Source: a virus | UHGV virus genome: UHGV-1709118 | DNA length: 61,628 bases | Direction: 5' to 3' (one strand) | In this document: piece by piece, positions 8,900 to 19,400 of the stretch | How the letters are laid out: each line of letters begins with the position of its first letter | Position numbering within the stretch: the stretch's first letter is position 1 | The notes under the pieces: generated by a model | The model's input: only the letters and a program-made list of their open reading frames with translations | Told to the model about the DNA's origin: nothing | The model's database searches: none | Made by a program: the position numbers and the translations under genes

Positions 8900-11638
8900 T
8901 TATCCACCAACATTTTTAGTAGTTTGCATTGTAGCACATTTATAATTTATAATTGCATAGGTAGGTTTTTCAAAACGAATACCTTTTATTAAAGTATCAG
9001 AAGGGTTCAAAATATATTTTTCAGTCGCACCGATTGTTATTTGAGTAGTTGAACCATCATTATTGTCAAGTAATAATACACTACCTTGGTCTGCTTCAAT
9101 TTCCATAGATAATATATCAGTAAAATTATAAAAAATAGTTCCATTATCCCAAGTATCAGTATCTTTATCATAATTAGAAAAACCATTTTCTATATCATAA
9201 ATTTCTTCTATTTGAAATCTACTTTTTTCTTTAACAATATCAAAAATATTTTCAGATTTAAATAAATCAAAATTAATATTATCATAGTCCCCATTTATAT
9301 CAGGAATTTGATATTGCTTTATATCATTATATCTAAAGTTATAACTCAATAAAGTTTTATCAGTAGAAGTAAAAATTCCAGCTAATTGACCCCATACTAA
9401 AGAAGTTTCAATAGCTTGAACTGTTTTAGAAATATCTTCCACTTGTGTAACTTTACAAGTATAATTTATAATAATAGGGCCACTGTATTTTAAATAGATA
9501 TTAGATAAATTATCAAAAACATCTTGTAAAACAAAAACTTTATTCTTGCCTAAAGAAAAATCTTTACCATTAATAACTAATGTAATTAAAGGATAAGTTT
9601 GTTCAGTAGTTATAAAATTAATTAACTTATTATATTCAGCGATTTTTTCATCAACTTCTTTTGTTGATAATCCCTGATGTGCTAAATCTGCGCGTTCCGC
9701 ATTTAATTCTCTTAATTCAGCTTCAAAAGTTAATACAGGATATTGTTCTACCCAAATTGAAGTTAAATTATTAAATTTATATCTATAACCACCGCCAACA
9801 TTATATTCAACTTGTTCTTTTATTTTTTCCAAAAGATTTTCTTTAGTATTATTATTTATAATACTTGTAGGTCTATCAGTATTTAAATTATTATTTAAAC
9901 TTAAAGTGCCAATATACATTCCACTTAATTGACCAAATAAATCTACAGTTTCTTCAGCAGAAAATTCTTCAAAATTACCTATATCAATAATATTTAAATT
10001 ATTTAAATTACTTAAATTAAAATCCGCAACTTCATAAGCAGTAGCAGAAAATTTGTAAATCATTCTACTTAATGTTTTTTCAGGACTTAAAGAAATATTC
10101 ATTAAATTTATAATAATATTTCCTTCTGTCGCAGATTTATATAATTTACTACTTCCATCATTTAAAAATTCTTCTACTTTATCTCTAAAAATTTTTTCAA
10201 TAAAAATATTACTATGTGTTAGATTAGTATCTATTTTTCTTTCAATAGTAGTATCTTCAATATTATCAAAAGGAATAATCAACTTATTTTTATAATAATA
10301 CCCATCTCTTCTAAGTTCAAAGAAAGTATTATCATCATCCATGTGAAAAGAAATTAATCCTGAAACAGGAAATTCTGCATAATAAGCATGACCATTGCGG
10401 AAAATGGTAGGATACTTAGAACCCAATGTATCACTCTTTGACTCTAAGACACTATGTTTAAAACTGGATAACTCAAAATTATATTCTAATTTTAATTGAA
10501 CTCCATCTTTATATAAATAACTATGTTCAAAGTTAATTCCTCTAGCAGGTTTATCAATTTCAAATAAAGGAGAAGTCCGCAATCTTGCACTATTTTCTTG
10601 CTGAAAAGCATATTTATATTTAATGCCATTTTCAATAGTGTAATCAGTATAAATTAATTCATTGACAAAAGTATGGTTAGAATATAAGAAATAACTTAAA
10701 TCTTCCCATATTGTATAATTACTTTTTTCAGAAGTTCTAATTAATACATAATTACCACTTAAAGGAGAATCAGAATTTATATATATCTTTAAACAAGCAT
10801 TTTCTATACATGAAATATCTGAATCATCAACATTAAGGGTTACTCCAACTAATTGACTTAAATATGTCTCTCTTGCCTGAAAATTATATCGTGCAGAACT
10901 AATTTCATAACCATTTATTGAAACAATTTGATAAATAACACTATAATCTTGTCCATTTTCTAAAACAGTAGAAAAACGATGTGAATCTGTATTATCTGCG
11001 GAAGCATTATGTTGCAACCAACCACTATCTTCAATTTTATCACCATGCGAATTATATAAAATAAATTTATATTTATCTACTGACTCCCTATTACTTGTAA
11101 CAAAATTGCAAGCTCCTATAATCAGTGGTGTTAAAGAAGTTTCAAGATTTTTTGCTGATTGAACGCTTTCTTTCACAGAAGTAGCATTTTTTATTTCAAT
11201 TACTGGCTCATTAATAGCTTTTATTGCCATAACTGTTGACCATTCAGAAAATGCACTTTTTTCTATTTGCTGTTTTTTCCAATTAGCAAAATCTGATATT
11301 GAATTATAAAGTGTATTTATGCCAAAACGCAATTGTACCTTATATAATTCTCCAGCACTCCATCCAGATTCTAAATCTTGTAAATTTATAGAAATAGTAT
11401 ATTGTGAGCCTTTTTGACCAATTTCATCTTTCGATTTATAAATAATTCCATCTGGATAAATAGAAGTATTTACTATTGTTCTGTTATTAGTTTGTTTTAC
11501 TAATCTAATTTGAATATGTTTTATACTACTTAAAGACATCAAATCAGGTAATGTAAAATAAATAATATAGTCAGAAACATCATAAGTAAAAGCAGGCTGC
11601 GAACTATTTATCAATGGAGGAAAAATACCAGTTGCCAA
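8900..11638 (-). CDS. large tail/baseplate protein
   Basis: 912-aa N/Y/I-rich ORF downstream of tail tip gene. Confidence 0.45.
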   Translation of the reverse strand: MATGIFPPLINSSQPAFTYDVSDYIIYFTLPDLMSLSSIKHIQIRLVKQTNNRTIVNTSIYPDGIIYKSKDEIGQKGSQYTISINLQDLESGWSAGELYKVQLRFGINTLYNSISDFANWKKQQIEKSAFSEWSTVMAIKAINEPVIEIKNATSVKESVQSAKNLETSLTPLIIGACNFVTSNRESVDKYKFILYNSHGDKIEDSGWLQHNASADNTDSHRFSTVLENGQDYSVIYQIVSINGYEISSARYNFQARETYLSQLVGVTLNVDDSDISCIENACLKIYINSDSPLSGNYVLIRTSEKSNYTIWEDLSYFLYSNHTFVNELIYTDYTIENGIKYKYAFQQENSARLRTSPLFEIDKPARGINFEHSYLYKDGVQLKLEYNFELSSFKHSVLESKSDTLGSKYPTIFRNGHAYYAEFPVSGLISFHMDDDNTFFELRRDGYYYKNKLIIPFDNIEDTTIERKIDTNLTHSNIFIEKIFRDKVEEFLNDGSSKLYKSATEGNIIINLMNISLSPEKTLSRMIYKFSATAYEVADFNLSNLNNLNIIDIGNFEEFSAEETVDLFGQLSGMYIGTLSLNNNLNTDRPTSIINNNTKENLLEKIKEQVEYNVGGGYRYKFNNLTSIWVEQYPVLTFEAELRELNAERADLAHQGLSTKEVDEKIAEYNKLINFITTEQTYPLITLVINGKDFSLGKNKVFVLQDVFDNLSNIYLKYSGPIIINYTCKVTQVEDISKTVQAIETSLVWGQLAGIFTSTDKTLLSYNFRYNDIKQYQIPDINGDYDNINFDLFKSENIFDIVKEKSRFQIEEIYDIENGFSNYDKDTDTWDNGTIFYNFTDILSMEIEADQGSVLLLDNNDGSTTQITIGATEKYILNPSDTLIKGIRFEKPTYAIINYKCATMQTTKNVGG

Positions 11639-11715
11639 AAAATCACACTCCTTTATCTCATTTATCTATTTATTTTAATTTTTTAATTTAAAATATGAAC
11701 TATCCTTGTCCAATA

Positions 11716-11747
11716 AAAAGAAAAAGAGGACGATTAATCGTCCTCTT
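11716..11747 (-). terminator. rho-independent terminator overlapping 3-prime end of 11734-12093 gene
   Basis: minus-strand hairpin aagaggacga-ttaa-tcgtcctctt followed by T-rich run; stop codon lies in the loop. Confidence 0.5.
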
Positions 11748-12093
11748 TAATAATTGGCATTAATTTTCTTACAACATCAATAGGTAAATTAATATATGAT
11801 ATATCCTTTAAACTAATTATATATAAATCAAGCTCTTCTTTTATCATTCCTAATTCTCTAAGCTTTTGATTTACTTCATTCATTTTATCAGTTGGTATAA
11901 TATCATTCTCATCTACATAAACTTTAAATAAATTTCTTCTAGCTTCTTCAATAGCCATATACAAAGGTTCTAACTTTTGCATATTTCTAACTAATTGATA
12001 AGCTAAAGTAACTGGTAAAGAAATTTCATTTTTTTCTTTTAGTTCATATAATGCTTCATATAAACCATAAATTTCATCATTTAATAATGTCAT
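11734..12093 (-). CDS. hypothetical small helical protein (tail module)
   Basis: 119-aa ORF. Confidence 0.4.
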   Translation of the reverse strand: MTLLNDEIYGLYEALYELKEKNEISLPVTLAYQLVRNMQKLEPLYMAIEEARRNLFKVYVDENDIIPTDKMNEVNQKLRELGMIKEELDLYIISLKDISYINLPIDVVRKLMPIIKEDD

Positions 12094-12111
12094 CTTATTA
12101 TCTCCTTTTTC

Positions 12112-15100
12112 TCATTTAAATTTAGCATAAACAATAACATCTGGATCTATTTTACTATTTTTATTCAAATGGCCTTCACCACTAAAATAACCTGTAAGTC
12201 TACCATCCATAGTCCCTTTTACTGTTATAGTACCAGTTTCATTGCCCACTGGTTGAATCTTATCAGTTTGTATGGTTGGGGTTGAAATATAACCATTTCC
12301 AGATAAACTTAATTTTTTATTAGCAGAAATTGTTACATCACTTGTAATTGTTGTAGGCTTTTTAATAGTCATTCCGTCATCTTTTAAAACCAACCAAGAA
12401 CTTCTAATATACAACTGGTCAGCATCTGTTTCTGCACCTAATCTAATAGTTCTATTTTCAACAATAAATTTTTTATCTAAATTATCAATATTAGAACTAT
12501 TTCCACAATAAAAACCTTTTCTTGCCATTATATTACCATGCATCCAAATACTACCTGTTGAAACAGACATAGAAATATCACTAGAAGCTACTACTCTTGC
12601 GCCTCCAAAACTATATATACCTACGTTAGATGTTTTTGAAACACCATTATCGCCACCTACTAATCCCATATATCCTATTTGACTACCTTCTCCTCCACTT
12701 GCTCCAGGTAAATTAAAAACTAAAACTTTATTAGTCTTAATTTCTCCACCTTTACACAATTCAGTAAATAATGTACCAGATACCATTTGAACTTCTCCAG
12801 TTACTGAATCTTGAGAAGCATATTCAGAAGTAATTTCCCCTCTTAAATTAGTAGGATTAATTTTCCAACCAGCAATATCTCCACCACTTGCATACAATTT
12901 CTGAGTATAAATTTGTCCACTACTATTTAAAGTAGTACCTGTCCAGGTTGGTACTCCTCCTGCTTCTGATGGTTGATTTACTGAAGCGCCAGGACTTTTT
13001 AAACTTTGCCCAGTAATTTTCCAACCAGCAATTTCTCCATCAGTGTTAGCAACTAAATTTCTACAAGTAATTGAACCTCCTCTTAGTCCAGTTGAATCAA
13101 TAGTAAAATCAGCTATCTTGCCGCTTTTAGTTGCCGTTAAAGTGGTTGCTTCAACATTACCTTTTATTTTAACATTGTTAGCATACATATAGCCATTATA
13201 AGTTACATGAAAAGCAGATTCACCTTTTGAATCATTAATATTAATAGCTTTTGTACTACCAGTCATTCGCATATCAGATAAAGTTAATTTCATACTATTT
13301 GCGCCATTTTCTGTTAAGCCACCATAAATATTTGCTTTTGTTCCATCAATATTAATTCTTCCGCTAGTAGAAGCACCAAAAAATGCAGAACCATCTTGCA
13401 TTAAACCAAAAGTAGTAATACCATTTTGATAACCATATAAACCAATTTTTTTCTGCCCGCTATCTTTACCCATAACAACGCCGGTAAATTGATTTTGTTC
13501 ATTTTTAGTACCTGCGCCAACCTGCGGGGCAAAAACATATTGGCCTTTGTTATCTATATCTAACTGTGTTCCATCCCAGCCATTAATAGCTTCATTACCG
13601 TATGTATCAAGATACATAACAATAGAATGTAATAAATATCTAGTATTATATTGCGGGTCGGGGCATTTTAAAATACCAATACTACTATTATTTTTAGCAG
13701 AATCTCTTTCAAAAATAAAATTAGAAGAAGGTACTAAATATCTATCTATAATTTCAGATTCCTTTTGCTGTTTATCTTCAATTACTAAAATATCTTTATT
13801 CAATGATTCTACTAATTTAGTTTGGTCTATTTCATCAAAAGTGTATTTCAGAGCGTTACTATAAAAAGAAGGATTTAAACCAGAAGAATTATATTTAATA
13901 TAAGAAGGAATTTCATTTATGTCAACTCTATTATATTCAAAACCATTAACTGCAACATCAATAGGATAAATAGAATAAAGATAAACAGTAGAATCTCCTG
14001 CTTTTTCTCTAACAGTTATTTTAATTTTTATATAAAATTCATATTTATCAGAAGTAGAATAAAAATCTATAACTGGATCACTACTGCCGGAAATACTAAT
14101 ATATTCATCATCAGTCTCTGCTTCAGGCAATTTTATATTTGTTCCAGACCATTCATATTTAATAGTATATTTATTACCATTTAAATTATTAATTAATTCT
14201 CCATCTTTATAAACATAAACCCTTAATTTTAAAGTATTCCATCCTCTTTTTCTAACTTCTAAAATTTGTTTTATCTTTTCTTCATTAGAAAGAGTATTAT
14301 CATTTCTAATTCTTTCTTGTTCATCTAAAAGTTCTTTAGTTAAAGGATTAAAAACTAAAGGTTGTAAACCACTTAATTTAATACCATTATCATCACAAGG
14401 ACGAATAGCTGCGATATAAGTAGTACCATTAGTACCTTGATCACCATCTTTAACAAAAAGAATTTCTTTATTAAAAATATATTCCTTTTGGTCTAAAGTG
14501 GTAACTTTAATTTGAATGGTATTATTGTTAAAATTTATTTTATACTTCTGTTTAATAGTATAATGTAAAATATTATATTTGTCAACCCAGAGATTTTCTA
14601 TCATCGAATCAATAGGATTAACTCTTTCACCTGTTGTTAATAAACTTCCATCTGGACTATACCATGTCATATCATAAGAAGTGCCGACTCCATCTTTCCA
14701 GACAAATTGGCACTCAATGGTACGCTCTTTTTCAGAATCCTCAATAGTTATATCACCATTAGAATCATATCTAAAAGAATCTTCTCCAATATACTTTATA
14801 CTTAAATCTTCTTGTGATTCAGTATTAGTAATTGTATATTCTTCAGTGGCAATAATATTTTTTCTATCTTTATCATAAATACTACAATAAAAAGTTACAG
14901 CAGAATATAAAAGATATTGCTTAACTTCTATTTCAGATTTTTGTTTACCATTAGGTACCTCTTGATAACTTCCATCAGGTAAAGATAAATACCAATCACC
15001 AACTAATTCATCTTCATCTCTATTATTTTTAATATGTAAATCAATAGTATCTCCAACAGTTAATTGCTCTAGCCAACAATTATAATCAGTATTATAATTG

Positions 15101-16386
15101 CTGATAACTATCTCTTCAGACATTACAACATTATCAGAATAAACTACCATTAATTTTAATACTTTTTTATATATCACATCTTCATCTTTTAAAACAAGAG
15201 TATCAAAATTTGCGGAAATTGGTCGCCATCCAAAACCAGCATTTTTATCATAGGCTTCATCACCTATCATCACAGAATAATCTCTTTCATACCAATAACA
15301 GGTACTATTCTTTTCTGTTAAAACTGAATTGCCATTATAAATTAATTGTCCTTGTAAAGTAATTTCATCTATTTGGTCTGTAAACATTTGACCGTTAGGT
15401 GTTTTAATTCTTAAATAATATAGATTATCTATTAAATTTTTTACTTCTACATACTGCACTTCAATATTTTTAACAAAAATATTCGGTGATTTATCATTTA
15501 TTTTTTCTATTCTATTCTCTTGATTTACAATTATTTTTTCATTATTATCATTTAAATAATAATATTCATTAGTTTCATTATCATGTATTAATTCTTTGCC
15601 TGTTGCTTTATCTAAATAAATATATTCACCATTAGATAAATATTTATCGTATTGAAATCCTTCTTCAAATAACTTAATACTTTTTAAACCAGTTAAAAAT
15701 TTTGTTTGTATTTTTACTGTAACTGATTGTGTGCTATAAGTATTAAAAGAATAAGGGCTACCATTAAAATTTGAAACATCAAGTCTATAAAAAACATCTT
15801 CTCCATTAGATGAAAATGCCAATTCTAAGCCATAATTTCCCTCAGAATGAATATCACTAAAGAGTGTTAAAAAATCGGCCTGAATTTTAATATATTCATA
15901 TTTATTAGCATATTGTAAAAAAGGAATATCGGAAAAATTACTTGCAGTTTCTCTGTTGAAAATCTCTGTAATAGACAATTTATCATCTTTGGGTGCTCCT
16001 GCAACTACCCCATATTCTTTTATTTTATCATAATTATAAAAAACATCAAAAGTAGGCCCAACAGGAGAAACAGAATTTTCTAGCTCATTTAAATTATTTT
16101 CAGTTAAAGACTTATCAGTAACTTTATTTTCAATTAATTTTTTATTAGAAAAATCTCCTTCTGGAATTTTTATATAAATATTATCTCCAATTCTATAAGT
16201 AGTTTTTAAATCATTACTAAAAGCAGAAAATATATTACCATTATATTTAACTTTATATTCACCAGTATTTAAATTAACTAAAGACTCAACAGTGCCTTGA
16301 ACTGTTATATCATATTTTAATTCGGATAATCTTTTTTGCGCTAAAATATCAGCTGCTTGAAGAATTTGCTCTGATATATTATTCAT
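12112..16386 (-). CDS. tail tip / distal tail protein with C-terminal repeats
   Basis: 1424-aa ORF immediately after tape measure; C-terminal repeats of IAGWKI...L(R/K) type. Confidence 0.5.
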   Translation of the reverse strand: MNNISEQILQAADILAQKRLSELKYDITVQGTVESLVNLNTGEYKVKYNGNIFSAFSNDLKTTYRIGDNIYIKIPEGDFSNKKLIENKVTDKSLTENNLNELENSVSPVGPTFDVFYNYDKIKEYGVVAGAPKDDKLSITEIFNRETASNFSDIPFLQYANKYEYIKIQADFLTLFSDIHSEGNYGLELAFSSNGEDVFYRLDVSNFNGSPYSFNTYSTQSVTVKIQTKFLTGLKSIKLFEEGFQYDKYLSNGEYIYLDKATGKELIHDNETNEYYYLNDNNEKIIVNQENRIEKINDKSPNIFVKNIEVQYVEVKNLIDNLYYLRIKTPNGQMFTDQIDEITLQGQLIYNGNSVLTEKNSTCYWYERDYSVMIGDEAYDKNAGFGWRPISANFDTLVLKDEDVIYKKVLKLMVVYSDNVVMSEEIVISNYNTDYNCWLEQLTVGDTIDLHIKNNRDEDELVGDWYLSLPDGSYQEVPNGKQKSEIEVKQYLLYSAVTFYCSIYDKDRKNIIATEEYTITNTESQEDLSIKYIGEDSFRYDSNGDITIEDSEKERTIECQFVWKDGVGTSYDMTWYSPDGSLLTTGERVNPIDSMIENLWVDKYNILHYTIKQKYKINFNNNTIQIKVTTLDQKEYIFNKEILFVKDGDQGTNGTTYIAAIRPCDDNGIKLSGLQPLVFNPLTKELLDEQERIRNDNTLSNEEKIKQILEVRKRGWNTLKLRVYVYKDGELINNLNGNKYTIKYEWSGTNIKLPEAETDDEYISISGSSDPVIDFYSTSDKYEFYIKIKITVREKAGDSTVYLYSIYPIDVAVNGFEYNRVDINEIPSYIKYNSSGLNPSFYSNALKYTFDEIDQTKLVESLNKDILVIEDKQQKESEIIDRYLVPSSNFIFERDSAKNNSSIGILKCPDPQYNTRYLLHSIVMYLDTYGNEAINGWDGTQLDIDNKGQYVFAPQVGAGTKNEQNQFTGVVMGKDSGQKKIGLYGYQNGITTFGLMQDGSAFFGASTSGRINIDGTKANIYGGLTENGANSMKLTLSDMRMTGSTKAININDSKGESAFHVTYNGYMYANNVKIKGNVEATTLTATKSGKIADFTIDSTGLRGGSITCRNLVANTDGEIAGWKITGQSLKSPGASVNQPSEAGGVPTWTGTTLNSSGQIYTQKLYASGGDIAGWKINPTNLRGEITSEYASQDSVTGEVQMVSGTLFTELCKGGEIKTNKVLVFNLPGASGGEGSQIGYMGLVGGDNGVSKTSNVGIYSFGGARVVASSDISMSVSTGSIWMHGNIMARKGFYCGNSSNIDNLDKKFIVENRTIRLGAETDADQLYIRSSWLVLKDDGMTIKKPTTITSDVTISANKKLSLSGNGYISTPTIQTDKIQPVGNETGTITVKGTMDGRLTGYFSGEGHLNKNSKIDPDVIVYAKFK

Positions 16387-16414
16387 TATAAACTCCTTTC
16401 TCTCAAAAAAATAA

Positions 16415-16435
16415 AGGGGAGAAAAATTCTCCCCT
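16415..16435 (-). terminator. rho-independent terminator after tape measure gene
   Basis: hairpin aggggaga-n-tctcccct then T-run on minus strand. Confidence 0.55.
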
Positions 16436-16440
16436 TTAAA

Positions 16441-19400
16441 TTATTTTCTAATACTAGCATATTGAGCCGCATCATTAACAATATTATTAAGAGCTGCTTC
16501 GATTTCTGCTGCACTGGATACACCAGGGAAATCAGCTTGAATATGCACTATCTGTTCAACTATTTGCCCATCACTAGAAATGGTAGTAGAACTAGCCATA
16601 CGAGCGTTTAATAAATTTTGCCCTGCCATTATATTATTATCCAAAATTCTTTCTATTTGTTTAAACAAATTAGGCCCTAATGTTCTAACTGCGGAAACCG
16701 CAGAAAGAATATTTTCAGTATCCTCTTGATTCAAAACTAATTCTTTCTCATGTAAAAATGCTAATTTGCCATCTTCATTATCAAAAGAACCAGTATATCC
16801 TCCTGTTGCATAACCTATTGTATGACTTTTAACAAAATCCTCATATTTGCCAGTTCCGCCATTATCTTTTAGCCATTTCTGAAACTCTGGATCATTTTGC
16901 TTATTATAATAATCTTCATTAGAATAAATATACTGTTTACCTTGTTCAAAATTTTCTCCAAGAATTTTCAAATATCTTTGATATTCTAAACTCTTAAATA
17001 TTTCATCTCCAACTTGTCCACCTTGGCTTAAATAATCATTCATAACAGAAGAATAGTCAATATTAGAATTATACCCTTTCATATCACCAACAGAAGCGGC
17101 AACTGTTCTAGTAGTTACAAAGTTAGACATTTCATACAAAGTATCTAATGCTTGACGTACACACGCTGCATAATTAGACCATTGCTCTGAAGCTTGGCGA
17201 ACTTCTTCAATTTTCTTCCAAACAGCATCTGCGGCTTGAGTACCCGCAGTAGTTAAATCTTGAGTAGATTTAGTAGTATCATCAATAATTTGTTTTAAAG
17301 CATCTACATTTGAACCAGTAGTCCCAGTGACTTCTTCCATAGTGCTATTATAATTATCAGCCGCATTTTCCATTTCATCAAGAGCAGTTTCAAAATATGC
17401 AGTAAAATCAGAAGTACCCATTTGCATAATTTTCATTACATCATTATAAGTATTTCCATATTCTGTAATTATCTCTCCACCTGCATCTGTCATATCTTCT
17501 AAAGATACTTGATATTCTTGCTGAATATAAAGGATTTTATCATTTGCATTTCTACGAATTTCTGCAATCTTTTCTCCACGTTCTTCCTCAGTTAAACTTT
17601 CATCTTCATAAACATCTTTAATTTGGTCTAAAGTATCTTGTTTTAATTGCAGAATTTCATCCATCATATTTTTAACTTGATCTTTCGCTATATTGTAATA
17701 GTTATTTGCCGCATCTTCATACTTTTGTGTAGCTTCATCAATTTTAGACTGATCAGCTGTAAATTGATAATCCCAGTTGCCGGATTCATTGCGGACTAAC
17801 CGCACTGAATTTTTAGCGTTTTGAGCTTCATCCAAAGCATTTTGAGCAAGAGTCATTTGATATTTTGCTTCTAAAATATCCAAATCATATTTAGATAATT
17901 TATTACCTTCACGTCTTACTTCAATTTCTTTTTGTAATGTTTTTAATCTATTCTTAGAAGCTTCATTAGTTTCTTCATCTATTGCTTTTTGAAGTTGTCT
18001 ATTCCATTTACTTACTTCATATGTTTCATTAACTTTATCTAAATATCTTTCTTCTTTACTAATTAAATTATCATATTTTTGCTGCAATAATTCTAAACCC
18101 ATTCCGCCACTAATAGCTTGCTCAAAATCATAAGCAGCTTTCTCAATAGCATTAGTATAATACTCTCTTGCCGTTTCCATAGCTTCTTTAGCTGCATCTA
18201 ACATAGCTTCTTGAGATTCATTAAATTGTTTTAATAAAGCATCACGATTATTTTTAAGAGTATCATAAGCTGCATCTTCTTCAGTAACTCCAGCCAAAGC
18301 TTTTTCTGCTTCTGCTAATTGTTCCGCAGCTTTTTCCATCCATTGCTTTTGTAATTTGGCAGTAGATGTAGCTGTTTCTAATCTTCCTTGAATAGTTTTC
18401 TGTAAAAGTTCAAAATTCTTACCAGTTTTATAAGTTATTCCTTGTAAATCTAATAATTCTTTTACTGAATCTAATACAGTACCATTATGATCTAATTGAT
18501 CAGTAAATTGTGCAAATCTGTCAGCTGCCGCATCAATAACATCAGTTAAATACTCTCTAAGATTTTCTAACCAATCTTTTAAATCAGAAACAGTATCAGC
18601 AATATTACCATGTAAATCTTCTAAAGAATCTATAACACTTTCAAAATCAGCACTGTCTTCAGACTCAGACATAAGATTAAATATTTGATTCATATGTTCT
18701 TCTAAGTCTTTGGCTTTAGCTAAATTGTCTTGCATACCAAAGAAATCAATTTGTCCAGGTTTTTTACCCCAACTAACAGCATCGCCAAAAGCTTCAACAA
18801 CATTTTTACCTATTTCTCTATTAGTATCTTTAAAATCTTTAATCTTTAATTTAACTTCTATAACAGCATTAATACTGCTTAATTTTTCATCAAATTTCTT
18901 TCTAGCCTCTTCGGCAATATTTTCTAAAAGTTCAACTCTTTGCTTTTGATCATTTTCATATTGTTCTAAGATTTCTTTTCTTAAATCAAGCGTTTTCTTT
19001 GCAGCATCAAGAGTATCTTTAAAAGATTCCTGTGCGGTTTTAGAACCTAAAGCATTATATTTTCTTACTACTTTATTATATTCTTCTATTGCCCATTTTT
19101 CTAAATCTTCATAATTTAATAAAGCTTTACTATCAGAATCTATATTTAATTTAACACCAGAAAAATTCTTTTGTAAATCAGTTAAATCTTCTTTTAAATA
19201 TTCTTCAGTTTTTTCTAATTTTTCTTTATATAATTCTTGCTCTTTGTTAATTGCTTCAATTTTTTCTTTATATTTTTCTAATTTCTTAACACCAAAAGCT
19301 CTATCTTTAGCAGTGTCAATCTTATCTAGTAGCTGACTTTGCTCTTCTAGTCTATTATTAATATCGTGATATCTATCATCAAAAATTTCTTCATCTTCGA

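Noticed and set aside
3489-16386. Minus-strand tail fibre genes as additional DGR targets
   Set aside because: No reverse-complement match to the GC-rich TR end (cgggcgcgaggtaat) was seen in these AT-rich genes; not exhaustively searched.
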